Part shown: piece after piece, positions 47,667 to 57,924 of the stretch
How positions within the stretch are numbered: position 1 is the stretch's first letter
Layout: every line of letters starts with the position of its first letter
Assembly: GCA_963835065.1 (NCBI GenBank)
Contig: CAWIEK010000048.1
Span: 32,001 to 96,000, forward strand
Source of the DNA: an uncultured Chthonomonadaceae bacterium
GTDB lineage: Bacteria; Armatimonadota; Chthonomonadetes; Chthonomonadales; Chthonomonadaceae
Length of the DNA: 64,000 nucleotides
Direction: 5' to 3'
The notes under the pieces: generated by a model
Told to the model about the DNA's origin: nothing
Database searches by the model: none
What the model saw: only the letters and a program-made list of their open reading frames with translations
Program-made: the position numbers and the translations under genes

Positions 47667-48152
47667 ATGGCAGCCGTTCCTGATTTAGATTTTGGCGGCA
47701 AGCGCGCCGAGGGCGTTCCCGGTGGCGAACGCATTCTCGTCGTAGATGACGAGCGGCATATCGTGCGGCTGGTTCAGGTCAATCTGGAACGCGCCGGTTA
47801 CAAAATCGTCACCGCGTTCGATGGCCGCGAAGCGCTGGAAAAGGTGGAGTCTGAACATCCCGATCTGGTGATACTGGATGTGATGATGCCATACGTAGAC
47901 GGCTTTGAAGTGCTGCAAACCCTGCGCAAAAACCCGGCTACGCAGCATCTGCCCGTGATTATGCTGACGGCCAAAGCGCAGGACGCCGACATTTTCCGGG
48001 GCTGGCAGTCCGGCGTAGACAGTTACCTGACCAAGCCGTTCAATCCGATGGAATTGCTGGGCTTCGTGCGGCGCATTCTGGACATCAGCCGAGGCAATGA
48101 CAATAGCCCCGCTCCCGCAGGCGCTCCTCTTGCCCCGGCTGCGCCAATGTAA
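47667..48152 (+). CDS. Single-domain response regulator (CheY-like receiver)
   Basis: VVDDE, LDVMMP, MLTAK, KPF. Confidence 0.93.
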   Translation: MAAVPDLDFGGKRAEGVPGGERILVVDDERHIVRLVQVNLERAGYKIVTAFDGREALEKVESEHPDLVILDVMMPYVDGFEVLQTLRKNPATQHLPVIMLTAKAQDADIFRGWQSGVDSYLTKPFNPMELLGFVRRILDISRGNDNSPAPAGAPLAPAAPM

Positions 48153-48313
48153 ACGCGAACTGCCTGTCGATACCGCAGCCGTATATTCGGCTGAAATTAT
48201 CCTACCGGAACGCGATTTCGGAAAAATCGGGCAGGAGGCGGGGCAGGAAAAGCCGAACTGTTACCCCTGACGAGCCTGACTCGCAATCACCTGACAGGAG
48301 GAACCTTCCCGCA

Positions 48314-49372
48314 ATGACTGCCGGAAACATTACCAAAGACAAAATCCGCGTGGGCCTTATCGGCTGCGGAGGCATTTCCAAATCCCATCTGCCCCATTTG
48401 TCCAAATCCGAAGACGTGGAACTCGCCGCGTTTTGCGATGTGGTCGTGGAGCGCGCGCAAAAACGCGCAGAAGAATACGGCGGCAACGTGTACGACGATG
48501 CGGCCAAAATGCTGGCAGCCGAAAAACTGGACGCCGCGTACATCCTGATTCCCACGTATGCGCACGGCGCTCCCGAACGCGCGTGTATCGCGGCGGGCAT
48601 CCCGTTTCTCGTGGAAAAGCCGCTGCACATTGATCCCAACGATCTGCGCAAGCTGTCCAAAGAAGTGGAAGCGTCCGGCCTGATTACCGTCGCCGGGTTT
48701 ATGAACCGCTACCGCAAATCCGTCAGCCGCGTCAAAGAGATTCTTGGCAGCGATCCGCCCATTCTGATGGACGGCGCGTGGGTCAGCGGCCCGCCCGTGA
48801 AAAAGGAAGGCGATTACTTCGCCAACAATCCCATCGGGCAGTGGTGGCCCGTCAAGGAAAAAAGCGGCGGGCAGTTCGTGGAGCAAGTGATCCACACGGT
48901 TGACCTCGTCCGCTATCTGGGCGGCGAAGTGACGGAAGTATCGGCGTTCGCGGCGCGGGGCTTCAACCAGAAACTGCCCAACATCGTGGACAACTACACC
49001 AACGACGACGCGATGGTCGTGTCCGTGAAATTCGCGCATGGCGGGGTGGGCAACATCTTCGCCTCCTGTTCCACGCCCGCGGGCGGCGGCGTGTTTCTCA
49101 ACGTGTGGGCGGGCCAGCACACGGCCAAGTTCACCGATTGGGCGCACCACGTCAGCATCTACACCGCCGGGGAAAAAGAACCCGAAACCATCAAGGGCGA
49201 CATTGACGACATTTTCCCCGCCGAGGATCGCGTCTTCATTGACGCCGTGAAAACCGGCGACCGCTCCAAAATCAAATCCACCTACATGGATGGGGCCAAA
49301 ACCACCCTGCTCTGCCTCGCCGCTAATGAGAGTTTGGAAACGGGTGGCCCGGTCAAAGTGCAATACGAATAA
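48314..49372 (+). CDS. Gfo/Idh/MocA oxidoreductase
   Basis: GLIGCGGI, EKP, GGQFVEQVIHTVD. Confidence 0.92.
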   Translation: MTAGNITKDKIRVGLIGCGGISKSHLPHLSKSEDVELAAFCDVVVERAQKRAEEYGGNVYDDAAKMLAAEKLDAAYILIPTYAHGAPERACIAAGIPFLVEKPLHIDPNDLRKLSKEVEASGLITVAGFMNRYRKSVSRVKEILGSDPPILMDGAWVSGPPVKKEGDYFANNPIGQWWPVKEKSGGQFVEQVIHTVDLVRYLGGEVTEVSAFAARGFNQKLPNIVDNYTNDDAMVVSVKFAHGGVGNIFASCSTPAGGGVFLNVWAGQHTAKFTDWAHHVSIYTAGEKEPETIKGDIDDIFPAEDRVFIDAVKTGDRSKIKSTYMDGAKTTLLCLAANESLETGGPVKVQYE

Positions 49373-49378
49373 AAACCG

Positions 49379-49671
49379 CTTTCACCACAGAGGCACAGAG
49401 ACACAGAGGAGTCACAGAGGGAAAGAAACGGAGAAAGGAGAGTGGAGAACCGCGAAACACACGAAATAAACGAAAAAAGAACAAAGTGAAGGAAAAAGAA
49501 TGGAAAACATCCTGCAAAGTGGCTGTTCCTCTTTGCTAACTTTGCCTCTTTGCGGTTCTTTTTGTTTTCCTTTTTTCGTTTTGGTTCGTGTCTTTCGCGG
49601 TTCCCGCTCACTCCTCTTTCTTCCGTTCTTCTCTGTGACCCCTCTGTGTCTCTGTGCCTCTGTGGTGAAAG
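49379..49671. repeat. Nested long inverted-repeat element between convergent genes
   Basis: 31-bp perfect outer IR (49379-49409 / 49641-49671); inner AACCGCGAAA...TTTCGCGGTT pair; orphan CTCTTTGCGGTT arm. Confidence 0.9.
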
Positions 49672-49674
49672 TTC

Positions 49675-50712
49675 TTACAGTTCTACTTTCACGAACTGCT
49701 TCGTCTCACTGGATTTCAGGCAGGCGAGGATGATGGCGAGGGCTTTGCGGCCTTCGTCGCCGCTGATGACCGGGGGCGTGTTGGTCAGGATGCTTTCGAC
49801 GAAGGCACGAATGACGCCCGTGTCGCTTTGCCCGCCGCCTTCATTGGTTTGCAGCGCCCCCACCTCGAAATACTGCTTTTCGCCCGTTTTCAGGAAGCAG
49901 GTCACGGTGAAACGGGGATCGGCTCCGATGCGAATGTGTCCCTTGCTGCCGAAGATAAAGGTGGCGTTGTCCTCGCCGGGATAGTGCGTCCACGAGGCCG
50001 TCAGGGTTCCGACTGCGCCGGTTTGCGATTTCAGCAGGCACACGGCGTTGTCGTCCACGTCGCCCATCGGCTTTTCCAGATGCTCCACCATCGAAGCCAC
50101 TTCCACGATCTCCTCGCCCAGCAGCCAGCGTATCAAATCCGCCTTGTGAACGCCCAAATCGCCCATTGTGCCGACGAACGCCTGCTTTTTGTCGAAGAAC
50201 CAGCCCGTCGCGCCCTCGATGCTCCAGCTTTCCGGGCCGGGGTGCGAGAAACTGGTGCGGAAACTGATGATTTTACCGATTGTGCCGTTGGAAATCAGTT
50301 CTTTGGCCTTGATGTGCAGGGGCGCGAGACGCTGATTGTGCCCGATCATCAGGAATTTGCCTGCCGCCTGCGCCGCCGAAATCATGGCTTTGGCTTCTTC
50401 CGCCGAGGTTGCCATCGGTTTTTCGCACAGGACGTGCTTGCCCGCCTGCAACGCGGCGATTGTCAGGGGCGCGTGGAAAGCGTTGGGCGTACACACGCTT
50501 ACGGCGTCAATGTCTTTGATGCCGATGATGTCTTCGGCCTTGCTGTAGGCTTTGGCGTCGTACTTTTTGGCGAGTTTTTCCGCCCGCTCCGGTACGCGGT
50601 CGGCAAACGCGACGATTTCCACATCGGGGTTGAGGGCGTATTCGGGGGCATGGCGGTGCGTGGCGATGCTGCCGCTGCCGATGATGCCCACGCGGAGTTT
50701 CTTGTCTGGCAT
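49675..50712 (-). CDS. Gfo/Idh/MocA oxidoreductase
   Basis: GIIGSGSI, CEKPMA, GDLGVHKAD. Confidence 0.92.
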   Translation of the reverse strand: MPDKKLRVGIIGSGSIATHRHAPEYALNPDVEIVAFADRVPERAEKLAKKYDAKAYSKAEDIIGIKDIDAVSVCTPNAFHAPLTIAALQAGKHVLCEKPMATSAEEAKAMISAAQAAGKFLMIGHNQRLAPLHIKAKELISNGTIGKIISFRTSFSHPGPESWSIEGATGWFFDKKQAFVGTMGDLGVHKADLIRWLLGEEIVEVASMVEHLEKPMGDVDDNAVCLLKSQTGAVGTLTASWTHYPGEDNATFIFGSKGHIRIGADPRFTVTCFLKTGEKQYFEVGALQTNEGGGQSDTGVIRAFVESILTNTPPVISGDEGRKALAIILACLKSSETKQFVKVEL

Positions 50713-51107
50713 AAAATTCATCCTTCGTCGTTGAGATTGAGCGCTGTCGAGACTGGTGATTGGGAAATGGAAACCCGTTTGGCGCAAACGCGGTAAACCG
50801 GCCGCGTTTGCAGGCTGTACAGGCAATTCTCCACACGCCGGCGCAGTTCCTCCCTAATTTCTGCCTTAAAGCGCATTGTCAGATTTAAAGCGTTCATGCT
50901 GGCCCCGTCTGCCGAAGATTGAAAATCCTTAGGTTCTGTAAATCAATAACTTCCCGAACCAGCGGGAATCTCGACCTTTGCAAGCGGGAAATGAGGAAAG
51001 CAAAGGATGAGGGATGAAGTGACCTACTCCCCAAAGAGTAGGAGGAAGAAACAGCATAGGACGCGAATCCTGATTGCACATAACATTTATCGCGCTGGAG
51101 TAACACC

Positions 51108-52133
51108 GTGCCCGATTATCCGCATCACCGCCATTTACAACTGACAAACTTCACTGTATTTCAGGAAGCGGCCTTCGAGTTTTCGCATAGCGTCAATGCG
51201 TTCATTGGGGAGAACGGGTCGGGAAAGACGCATCTGCTCAAAGCCATGTACGCTTATCAGCGCCCGCCGTCGCGTGAAGTGCCCGATGTCAGCACAGCCC
51301 TGAAGCAACTCTTTCAAACCAACCATTTAGGTGACGTGTTGCGTTCCTCCGCAAAGCGGGGGCGAATATGGAGGTACGCGGCCTTTACGGTGAGAGCGAA
51401 TGGAAGTATGATTATGGAAGCAGCCCTTATCTTGAGGAACAGTTTACGTCACGTAAGCCGAATATGGCGCGTCCCGTGTTCATCCCGGCAATGGATATGC
51501 TGGGGCATACGCTTCAATTCAATCAAGCGTACAATCAGGCGTACCTCGACTTCGACCTGACCTGCTACGATATTGTCACGCTGTTTACGCTGGAAAACAA
51601 GACGGACGTACCGCCGTCAGAACGCGATTCAGCGTTGACCAATCTGTTGGGAGGAAATTTAGAGCTTGAGGAAGGGCGATTTTATCTGCGAACGGCAAAA
51701 GGACAGCAGGCCATGCCGATGGTCGCGGAAGGCATTCGTAAACTTGCTTCGCTGGTGCGCTTGCAGCGCAATGGCTGGCTTGGGCCGGGAACCACGCTGT
51801 TTTGGGACGAGCCGGAAACCAACCTGAACCCTGTCCTGATGGATGAACTGATTGGCGCGATACTCGGTTTGGCGCGGCAAGGCGTTCAAGTTTTCCTTAC
51901 GACGCACAGTTACGTGACGACGCACAGTTACGTGATTCTCAAGGAACTGGATTTACAGGCAACCCCACAAGACCGCGTCCGCTTTCTTCAGCCTGAAAGC
52001 AGACAAAGCGGGTACGCAAGTCATGTCCTCAGACAATTTCACGACCCTTGAGCCTAACGCCATCCTTCAGCAATACGGGTCGCTATATGACCGTGATATT
52101 CGACGCGCTTCGGGAAGGAATGGCCGCCCGTGA
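51108..52133 (+). pseudogene. AAA/ABC-type ATPase (AAA_15/AAA_21-like), two frameshifts and an 18-bp duplication
   Basis: GENGSGKT, AEGIRK, WDEPETNLNP, TTHSYV duplicated at 51899-51934. Confidence 0.75.
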
Positions 52134-52273
52134 AAATATGCATGGAAGGCGACATTGAGTTTGACTTGCAAGTAGTGAACACCGCAGGCAGGCTGAACAT
52201 TGCGACTTACGTGATGCCCCTGGATGGCTGGAACGCTGTTTTTGACTACTTTCCAGCGCAAAAAAGACGCTAA
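52130..52273 (+). pseudogene. Short, probably deleted partner of the AAA ATPase
   Basis: GTGA overlap with the ATPase stop; MKICMEGDIEFDL...; only 47 aa. Confidence 0.4.
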
Positions 52274-52355
52274 AATATGTAACACTGCTGACAACAGGTT
52301 CCATGGGAAACCTTTCGATAAGAATAAGACGAACATACATTAGGAGCGCAGCGCA

Positions 52356-53378
52356 GTGGCGGAAAACACGACAACGGAATGGTGCGCGGGCTTGCCTTTG
52401 ATTGGACAGCGGCCTTTTGAACCGGAAGAGCAGGAATATTTGCAGCGCCTGGCGCAGCGGCTGCGCTGGTATGGCCTTGTGGCGCTGCTGCTGTACCCTC
52501 TGCTGATTGCGGTTTCGGGCGTGATAGCGTGGGCAACGACTTCCTCTGCCGCGCAGGGGTTGGCCGGAATGGTTTTGGCGGCGGTTGTGCTGCTGTGCTT
52601 CTATGGCCCTTTCCTGCTGATTATTGTCCGCGATACGATGGGGCGCAGCAAAGTTTTGTTGGAGGACTTGCGCTGCGGTTATGTGAAGCAGTTTGCGGGG
52701 ATGATGTCGCCGGATGTGGGCACAGAGGCAACCCTGATTAAACTGCGGCAGGCGCGTATCGTACCGAGAACGGGAACCGGGCACTGGAGCCTGGAAATGC
52801 TGCCCGCGTCCCGGCGCGTGTGGCGCGTACAGGAACAAAGGGTAAAGCCCTGGATAATTGCCAATGTTGTGGAAGTGGCGCAAACCCCGGAAATGGCCGC
52901 CATTGCCGCGCAGTGGCTTCAGCCTGTAACGCGGAAAGACGATGAAACCCTGCTTGGCGGGCGGCGGGCCTTGTCACAAGCGGAACGAGACGAGTTACTG
53001 CGCTACGCGCGTCATGCCTGGACGCGCCCCCTGCCTGGCGCGATAGGCTTTACGCTGTGGGCGGGGGTACGCATCAGCAGCCTGCTGCTGCATCCGCTTC
53101 TGAACACCGGCATAAATTGGATATTCTTCACGCTGTTCGTGTTCTTTACACTGCTGATGGATGTGGCTCTTGTCATGCAGGTTCTGCTGTCACGAAAGTT
53201 ACGCCAGGACGCGCAGGCGGGACACGTTATCATTGTCGGCGTGGAAAAGAACGCTCAGTCGGTTTCGCCGGAAACGCCTGCAAACACCGTTCCAATGATT
53301 CGGGAAGTTCTGCCGCATGCAAAACGCGAGTGGACACAGGAAGGGCGGCCTGCCGTCTGGCGCACAATCCGCTCATAA
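52356..53378 (+). CDS. Membrane hypothetical protein with an internal duplication
   Basis: Two units of R-x(2,3)-x-E-x-E-x-L + 2 TM + L..D...G.V + E.LP....W. Confidence 0.65.
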   Translation: MAENTTTEWCAGLPLIGQRPFEPEEQEYLQRLAQRLRWYGLVALLLYPLLIAVSGVIAWATTSSAAQGLAGMVLAAVVLLCFYGPFLLIIVRDTMGRSKVLLEDLRCGYVKQFAGMMSPDVGTEATLIKLRQARIVPRTGTGHWSLEMLPASRRVWRVQEQRVKPWIIANVVEVAQTPEMAAIAAQWLQPVTRKDDETLLGGRRALSQAERDELLRYARHAWTRPLPGAIGFTLWAGVRISSLLLHPLLNTGINWIFFTLFVFFTLLMDVALVMQVLLSRKLRQDAQAGHVIIVGVEKNAQSVSPETPANTVPMIREVLPHAKREWTQEGRPAVWRTIRS

Positions 53379-53567
53379 AACTCTATACGAATGTCCTGAC
53401 GAACCGCCGTGAAATAGTAAGTTCAGTGCCGCATCGCGCTTTACAATCCGATTTCAAGACGGGTCGTAAGACGAGTACCTCTTTAACAAAGTGTTTGTGT
53501 TGCACAACGAAATGAATTTCTTTGCTTCTACGATGGTCAACATCACGGTATCCGCATTAAGAAGGCA

Positions 53568-54716
53568 TTAGATGCCTTCCCGCAGAGTATGCGCGGCCTG
53601 ACTGAGCGCTTTCAGTTTCGCTTCCACATGCGCCAACTCGTTCATAGGACGCGCCGCAAAGGTTCCGAAGCCGCAGTCCGGGTTTAGGAACAGTTTCTCT
53701 TTGGGGATGAACTGCAGAGCCGTTTGTACCCGCGCAACGATTTCTTCAACCGTTTCAATTGCGTCCGTGCGCGGGTTGACGACGCCCAGACCAACCTCCT
53801 TGTTGCCAAATGCCAGCATCTCGCCCGCGCGGGGCGTGGCGTATTCCAGCACCATCTGCCGCAAGGCCAGCCGCTCGAACCAGGGCTTGAGCGGGGCATA
53901 GTTTCCGCGCAATAATGTAGCCTCGTTGCGGCTCCAATTGCCCCGGCAGACATGCAGCCCGGTGCGAACGTCTTCCAGCCCCTCCACCACGCGATTGATT
54001 AAGCCGACTGCGAATTCCAACTCTTCGGCGGGGTCGTTGCGCGCCGCCAGTGCCGCGCACATGAACGTTCGGGTTTGCCCCTGCGTGAAGACCAGTTCCG
54101 TCAGCACCGGCTCATCAAACTGAATGAAGTCCGCTCCCGCTTCCTGCAGCGCGAACGCCTCTTCCCGCAGGATACGTACCACGTCTTCGGCCAGCGCCTC
54201 TTTGTCGGCATACACCTTGCCCGTGATTTCAGGAACCCACATCGCCCGCGTCAGAATATAGGGGCCGGGGAGGGGAACCTTAATAGGCTTATGCGTGTAA
54301 TTTTTGAGAAACGCCACCTCATCTACGGCAAGCGGTTTGCGCCGCGCCAGTTTGCCCACGCAGGTCGGGTTGTTGATGGAGTACGCGGGCACATCCAGCG
54401 TTTGCAGCAGTTTCTCGAAACCCGCTTTGTCCTCGACGTAATCCAGCATTTCGGCCAGCGACATCAGCCGAACGCCGTCCAGTTTGTCGGACACGAACGA
54501 GTAGAAGTTGTCCCGGCGCTGCTCCCCGTCCGTCACGATGTCCACGCCCGCTGCTTCCTGCATACGCAGGGCGTCCCGTACCGCGTCGTCTGCGATACGC
54601 TCGAATTCCGCTTCCGACAGGTCGCCGCGTTTTCTGGCTCGGAGCGCGCGCAGCACGGATTGAGGCCGGGGCAGGCTGCCAACCGTTGTCACGGGAAACA
54701 GGGGAAGCGTTGTCAT
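53568..54716 (-). CDS. Cobalamin-independent methionine synthase II-like protein (catalytic domain only)
   Basis: TTVGSLPRP, TDGEQRR, IQFDEP, Zn ligands HVCRGN / LEY / PDCGF. Confidence 0.9.
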   Translation of the reverse strand: MTTLPLFPVTTVGSLPRPQSVLRALRARKRGDLSEAEFERIADDAVRDALRMQEAAGVDIVTDGEQRRDNFYSFVSDKLDGVRLMSLAEMLDYVEDKAGFEKLLQTLDVPAYSINNPTCVGKLARRKPLAVDEVAFLKNYTHKPIKVPLPGPYILTRAMWVPEITGKVYADKEALAEDVVRILREEAFALQEAGADFIQFDEPVLTELVFTQGQTRTFMCAALAARNDPAEELEFAVGLINRVVEGLEDVRTGLHVCRGNWSRNEATLLRGNYAPLKPWFERLALRQMVLEYATPRAGEMLAFGNKEVGLGVVNPRTDAIETVEEIVARVQTALQFIPKEKLFLNPDCGFGTFAARPMNELAHVEAKLKALSQAAHTLREGI

Positions 54717-55537
54717 TGGCCTGCCTCCGCAAAGAACTTCTGTCGCTGCACGGCCTCGGTCAAGGCGCTGAAGCCAGATGTACGCCCCGGCAGCCAGGCT
54801 TTCAGCCCCTCCATGTCCATCATTTCCCGGTGCGCGGGGTTGTCATAGTTCATGGAATACAGCGTTTCGAGCCAGGGACGCTCCCGGTCTTCGGGCAGGT
54901 CGCCGCGTACCGTAAACACGCAATGGTCGAAACGATCCGTAGTTGCCAGAACGCGGTAACGGTTGGGATCAATCGTGCCATCCGCTGTCCAGAGTTGCCA
55001 GTTCAAATCCAGCATAGCGCAGGCGTCGGCCTGGCCGGACTGCATCGCAGCCAGCGCGTCCTTTTCCCCGCCGATGTGGTCGCCGTGCTTGCCGACGAGA
55101 ACATCAAAGCGTTTGACCTGCACATCGCGCCCCGGTTCCAATCCATGACGCTGTAACAATCCCAGGGGAATCAGCGTGGCCTGGGGCGAGTCTTTCGCGC
55201 CCGTAGCGATTGTTTTGCCCGCAAGGTCGGTGACGTTCCGAACCAAACTGTCCGCCGGGGTTACGATATGCGAAACGCGGTCACGGTCGGTGTCGCGCAT
55301 CGCAATGGCGCGGCACGTATCGCCCGAACGCCGCTGCGCGTCCAGCCAGGCCAGGGGCGAGTTCCAGGCAACGTGGATTGTGCCGTCAAGCAAGGCTTTC
55401 ACCTGCAATTCGTAGTTGCTGAAAAACACATAATCCATCGGGCAGCCACTGGCCTCGAAAAACTCCTTGATAATTTCCCAGATCACAACCACTTTCGGAT
55501 CATAAACCACTGCGCCCACCAAAACCGGTTCGGTCAT
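54713..55537 (-). CDS. PhnD/SsuA-like periplasmic-binding-fold protein without signal peptide
   Basis: NYELQVKALLDG..VAW.SP, DLAGKTIA.GAKDS, GKHGDH.GGE. Confidence 0.8.
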   Translation of the reverse strand: MTEPVLVGAVVYDPKVVVIWEIIKEFFEASGCPMDYVFFSNYELQVKALLDGTIHVAWNSPLAWLDAQRRSGDTCRAIAMRDTDRDRVSHIVTPADSLVRNVTDLAGKTIATGAKDSPQATLIPLGLLQRHGLEPGRDVQVKRFDVLVGKHGDHIGGEKDALAAMQSGQADACAMLDLNWQLWTADGTIDPNRYRVLATTDRFDHCVFTVRGDLPEDRERPWLETLYSMNYDNPAHREMMDMEGLKAWLPGRTSGFSALTEAVQRQKFFAEAGQ

Positions 55538-55567
55538 TTCTATTGCTTCCTTTAGCGCGATTAGTAA

Positions 55568-55628
55568 AGGATGAACGATGAGTGATGAGTGATGAGTAGA
55601 ATCCATTCATCCTTCATCCTTCATCCTT
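55568..55628. repeat. Heptamer-repeat palindromic element (GATGAGT / TTCATCC arms), intergenic
   Basis: Same family as the gltB and rpoB inserts. Confidence 0.8.
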
Positions 55629-56779
55629 TAGAATAACTCCATGCCGCACAGGGCGCGGCCTATGAAATCGTACAGCACATCGGTCGTGGGAGCCATGACG
55701 CTTGCCGCCCGCGCGTCGCGGAAGTTGCGCTCCAAACTGAGATGTTTGCTGAAGGCTGCGCCCCCACACGCCTGCATTCCCAGGTCGGTAACGAGAAGGG
55801 CGCTTTCCGCCGCCGCCGCTTTAGATTCCAGCACCATGAGCATGGCGTTGGGCGCGGACGTTTCCACCGCTTCTAATGCGCTGACGAGATGGGCGCGGGC
55901 GCGGTCGGTTTCGATCCGCATTTTGGCAAGCCGCGCGCGCAGGGTCGGCAGGTCGGCCAGCTTGCTGTCCAAATGTTCAAAGCGCTTGCCCGTCAGATGC
56001 CGCGTGGTCGCCTGGACAGCCGCCTCGCAAAGCCCGACGGAAATGGCCGCGTTCCCAAGCTGAAAAACAGGCAGCACGACGCCGAGCATAACCTCGAAGC
56101 CTTTGCCCGGCTCACAAAACGCGCGGTCGGCAGGGAGTATGCAATTTTGCAGTGACATGGGAGCGCTGCTGTTGCCGCGCAGTCCGAGCGAATCCCATGC
56201 GCCGCTCGTCGCCACCCCGGCATCGTTTTTATAAACAAGGTACAGGATCGTGTCGGTTGGACTTGCGGATTGGGGCGAGCGCGTGGAAACCACATAGCCG
56301 TCCGCGTGTCCCGCCGATGTTACCCAGGACTTTTCCGCGTTGAGCGTAATCTGTCCGTCGTGTTCCGCTGCCTGACTGACGGGCGCCCAGAAGTGGCTGC
56401 GCGACCCCTTTTCGCTCCACGCGAGCGTGGACAGATGCTGTCCGGCAGCCGCTTCGCGCAGATTTTTGGCGGCGGTTTGCGGGGCGCTGACGTAACAGGC
56501 GACGCCGCAAAGGTGCATCAGGAAGATCATGCCGACGGAAGCGTCACGCTGGCCGATTTCGTCCAGAATAGCCGCTGATGCGCGCAGGTTCTGCCCCATT
56601 CCGCCGTACTCTGTGGGAACGGTCAGCCCCATCAGCCCGGCCTTGCCCAGCGCGTCTACTGCTTCGGCGGGAAAGCGGCTTTCCCGGTCCACGTCGGCGG
56701 CATGGGGCGCAATCGCCTCGTCGCCAGCCTGCCGCGCTTTTTCCACAATGGCGGCCTGCTCTTCGGTCAATCGGTACAA
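55628..56779 (-). CDS. Acyl-CoA dehydrogenase family protein
   Basis: VPTEYGGMG, WSEKGS, KSWVT, LGLRGNSS, ERNFRDAR; TTG start after AGGAG. Confidence 0.92.
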   Translation of the reverse strand: MYRLTEEQAAIVEKARQAGDEAIAPHAADVDRESRFPAEAVDALGKAGLMGLTVPTEYGGMGQNLRASAAILDEIGQRDASVGMIFLMHLCGVACYVSAPQTAAKNLREAAAGQHLSTLAWSEKGSRSHFWAPVSQAAEHDGQITLNAEKSWVTSAGHADGYVVSTRSPQSASPTDTILYLVYKNDAGVATSGAWDSLGLRGNSSAPMSLQNCILPADRAFCEPGKGFEVMLGVVLPVFQLGNAAISVGLCEAAVQATTRHLTGKRFEHLDSKLADLPTLRARLAKMRIETDRARAHLVSALEAVETSAPNAMLMVLESKAAAAESALLVTDLGMQACGGAAFSKHLSLERNFRDARAASVMAPTTDVLYDFIGRALCGMELF

Positions 56780-56833
56780 TGGTTTACTCCTGTTCAAAAA
56801 ATTAGCGCGAACGCTGGTATAAAAATGATGGTA

Positions 56834-57283
56834 TCAATTGGTCGGCTGCAACCGCAGGGAGAGTTCGACGGCGTTACGCAGCGTGTTGTAAAGCGGGGAG
56901 CGCAGCAGGGTTGTCTCCCAAAGCGCGGCCAGTTCGGACTCGCAGGCATCGGAAGCGACATACAGGGTTCCTTCGATGCGCTCGATTCCCGGATGGCCTT
57001 CTTCGCCAATCACGCCGACGTGAACGAGGGGATTGTTCAGGGTACAGGTTGCGGAAAATTCAAGCGCGTCCAGAGGAAGGCGTTGTTTGGCGGCGAGGGC
57101 GCGGAAGGTGGCGGCAAGGTCGGCGGCAAACGCGCCAAGCATCAGTTCGATAGCGGCAGGAAGCGGGTCGGTGGGACGAAAACTCAGCGGCTCGCCCACG
57201 GGGAAGGCGTGGTTGCGGGCATGAACCGTGAGGGTTCGGGAAGCGTCGGCGCGAACTCGCACCGTCCAGGCAAACGTATTCAC
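56834..57283 (-). CDS. OsmC-like protein lacking the canonical catalytic cysteines
   Basis: RNHAF.VGEP, ELMLGAFAAD (C to D), RSPLYNTL (C to S); GGAGG SD before GTG. Confidence 0.75.
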   Translation of the reverse strand: MNTFAWTVRVRADASRTLTVHARNHAFPVGEPLSFRPTDPLPAAIELMLGAFAADLAATFRALAAKQRLPLDALEFSATCTLNNPLVHVGVIGEEGHPGIERIEGTLYVASDACESELAALWETTLLRSPLYNTLRNAVELSLRLQPTN

Positions 57284-57486
57284 GGCGTCTTCCTCCGTGT
57301 ACAGTAATATCGTTTCTTCCGCATGGTTCTTCGCTTTCAAAGGTAAAGAGCGTTCACGCGCAGATGTCAGGAAAGGAGATGTATTTTTATCCGCAAACAA
57401 TAAAGCTCCGGCATGGTTCCTACGTTCCTCTTTATTCTACCGTAGGATTATAGAATATCTGCTACGTTCTAAGGTCCGGGGCCTTG

Positions 57487-57924
57487 AAACGGGAAAAGAA
57501 AAAAGTATGTGAGACAGCGTCGAAATCTTGGCAATGCAGCGCTTCCAGCACAGTGTCTCGTTGTGTCAGGTTGTAGGGGTGAGGCGTCGTGACCTCGTGA
57601 GCGTCAGGGCGAACGGGGAGAGTGGACAGGCATCTTCTTGCACCTCCCTTCCAGGTTAGATTGTTGAGAGTTGATAAGAACTACGAACTTTAAACGTCCC
57701 GCCACCTGGCTAGTTAGCAGTCTCTAGAATGTAGACTTACATGTACATTTAGACGAGATGAAGTCAGAAAAGGTTCGTTTTTTCTGCTTTTTATGTAGAT
57801 TTATTTCTACTTTTTTGCACATTCTTCTTGGCTTGGGCAAACCGGAGGAGGGAGCAGGCGCAGCACAGGGGTGAATGACCTACGACGGGATACGTGTTGA
57901 GCATTTTAGATGCGCCGGTCCTGC
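57487..57924. repeat. ~440-bp dispersed element, copy 2
   Basis: Collinear with 11629-12076, same orientation. Confidence 0.9.
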
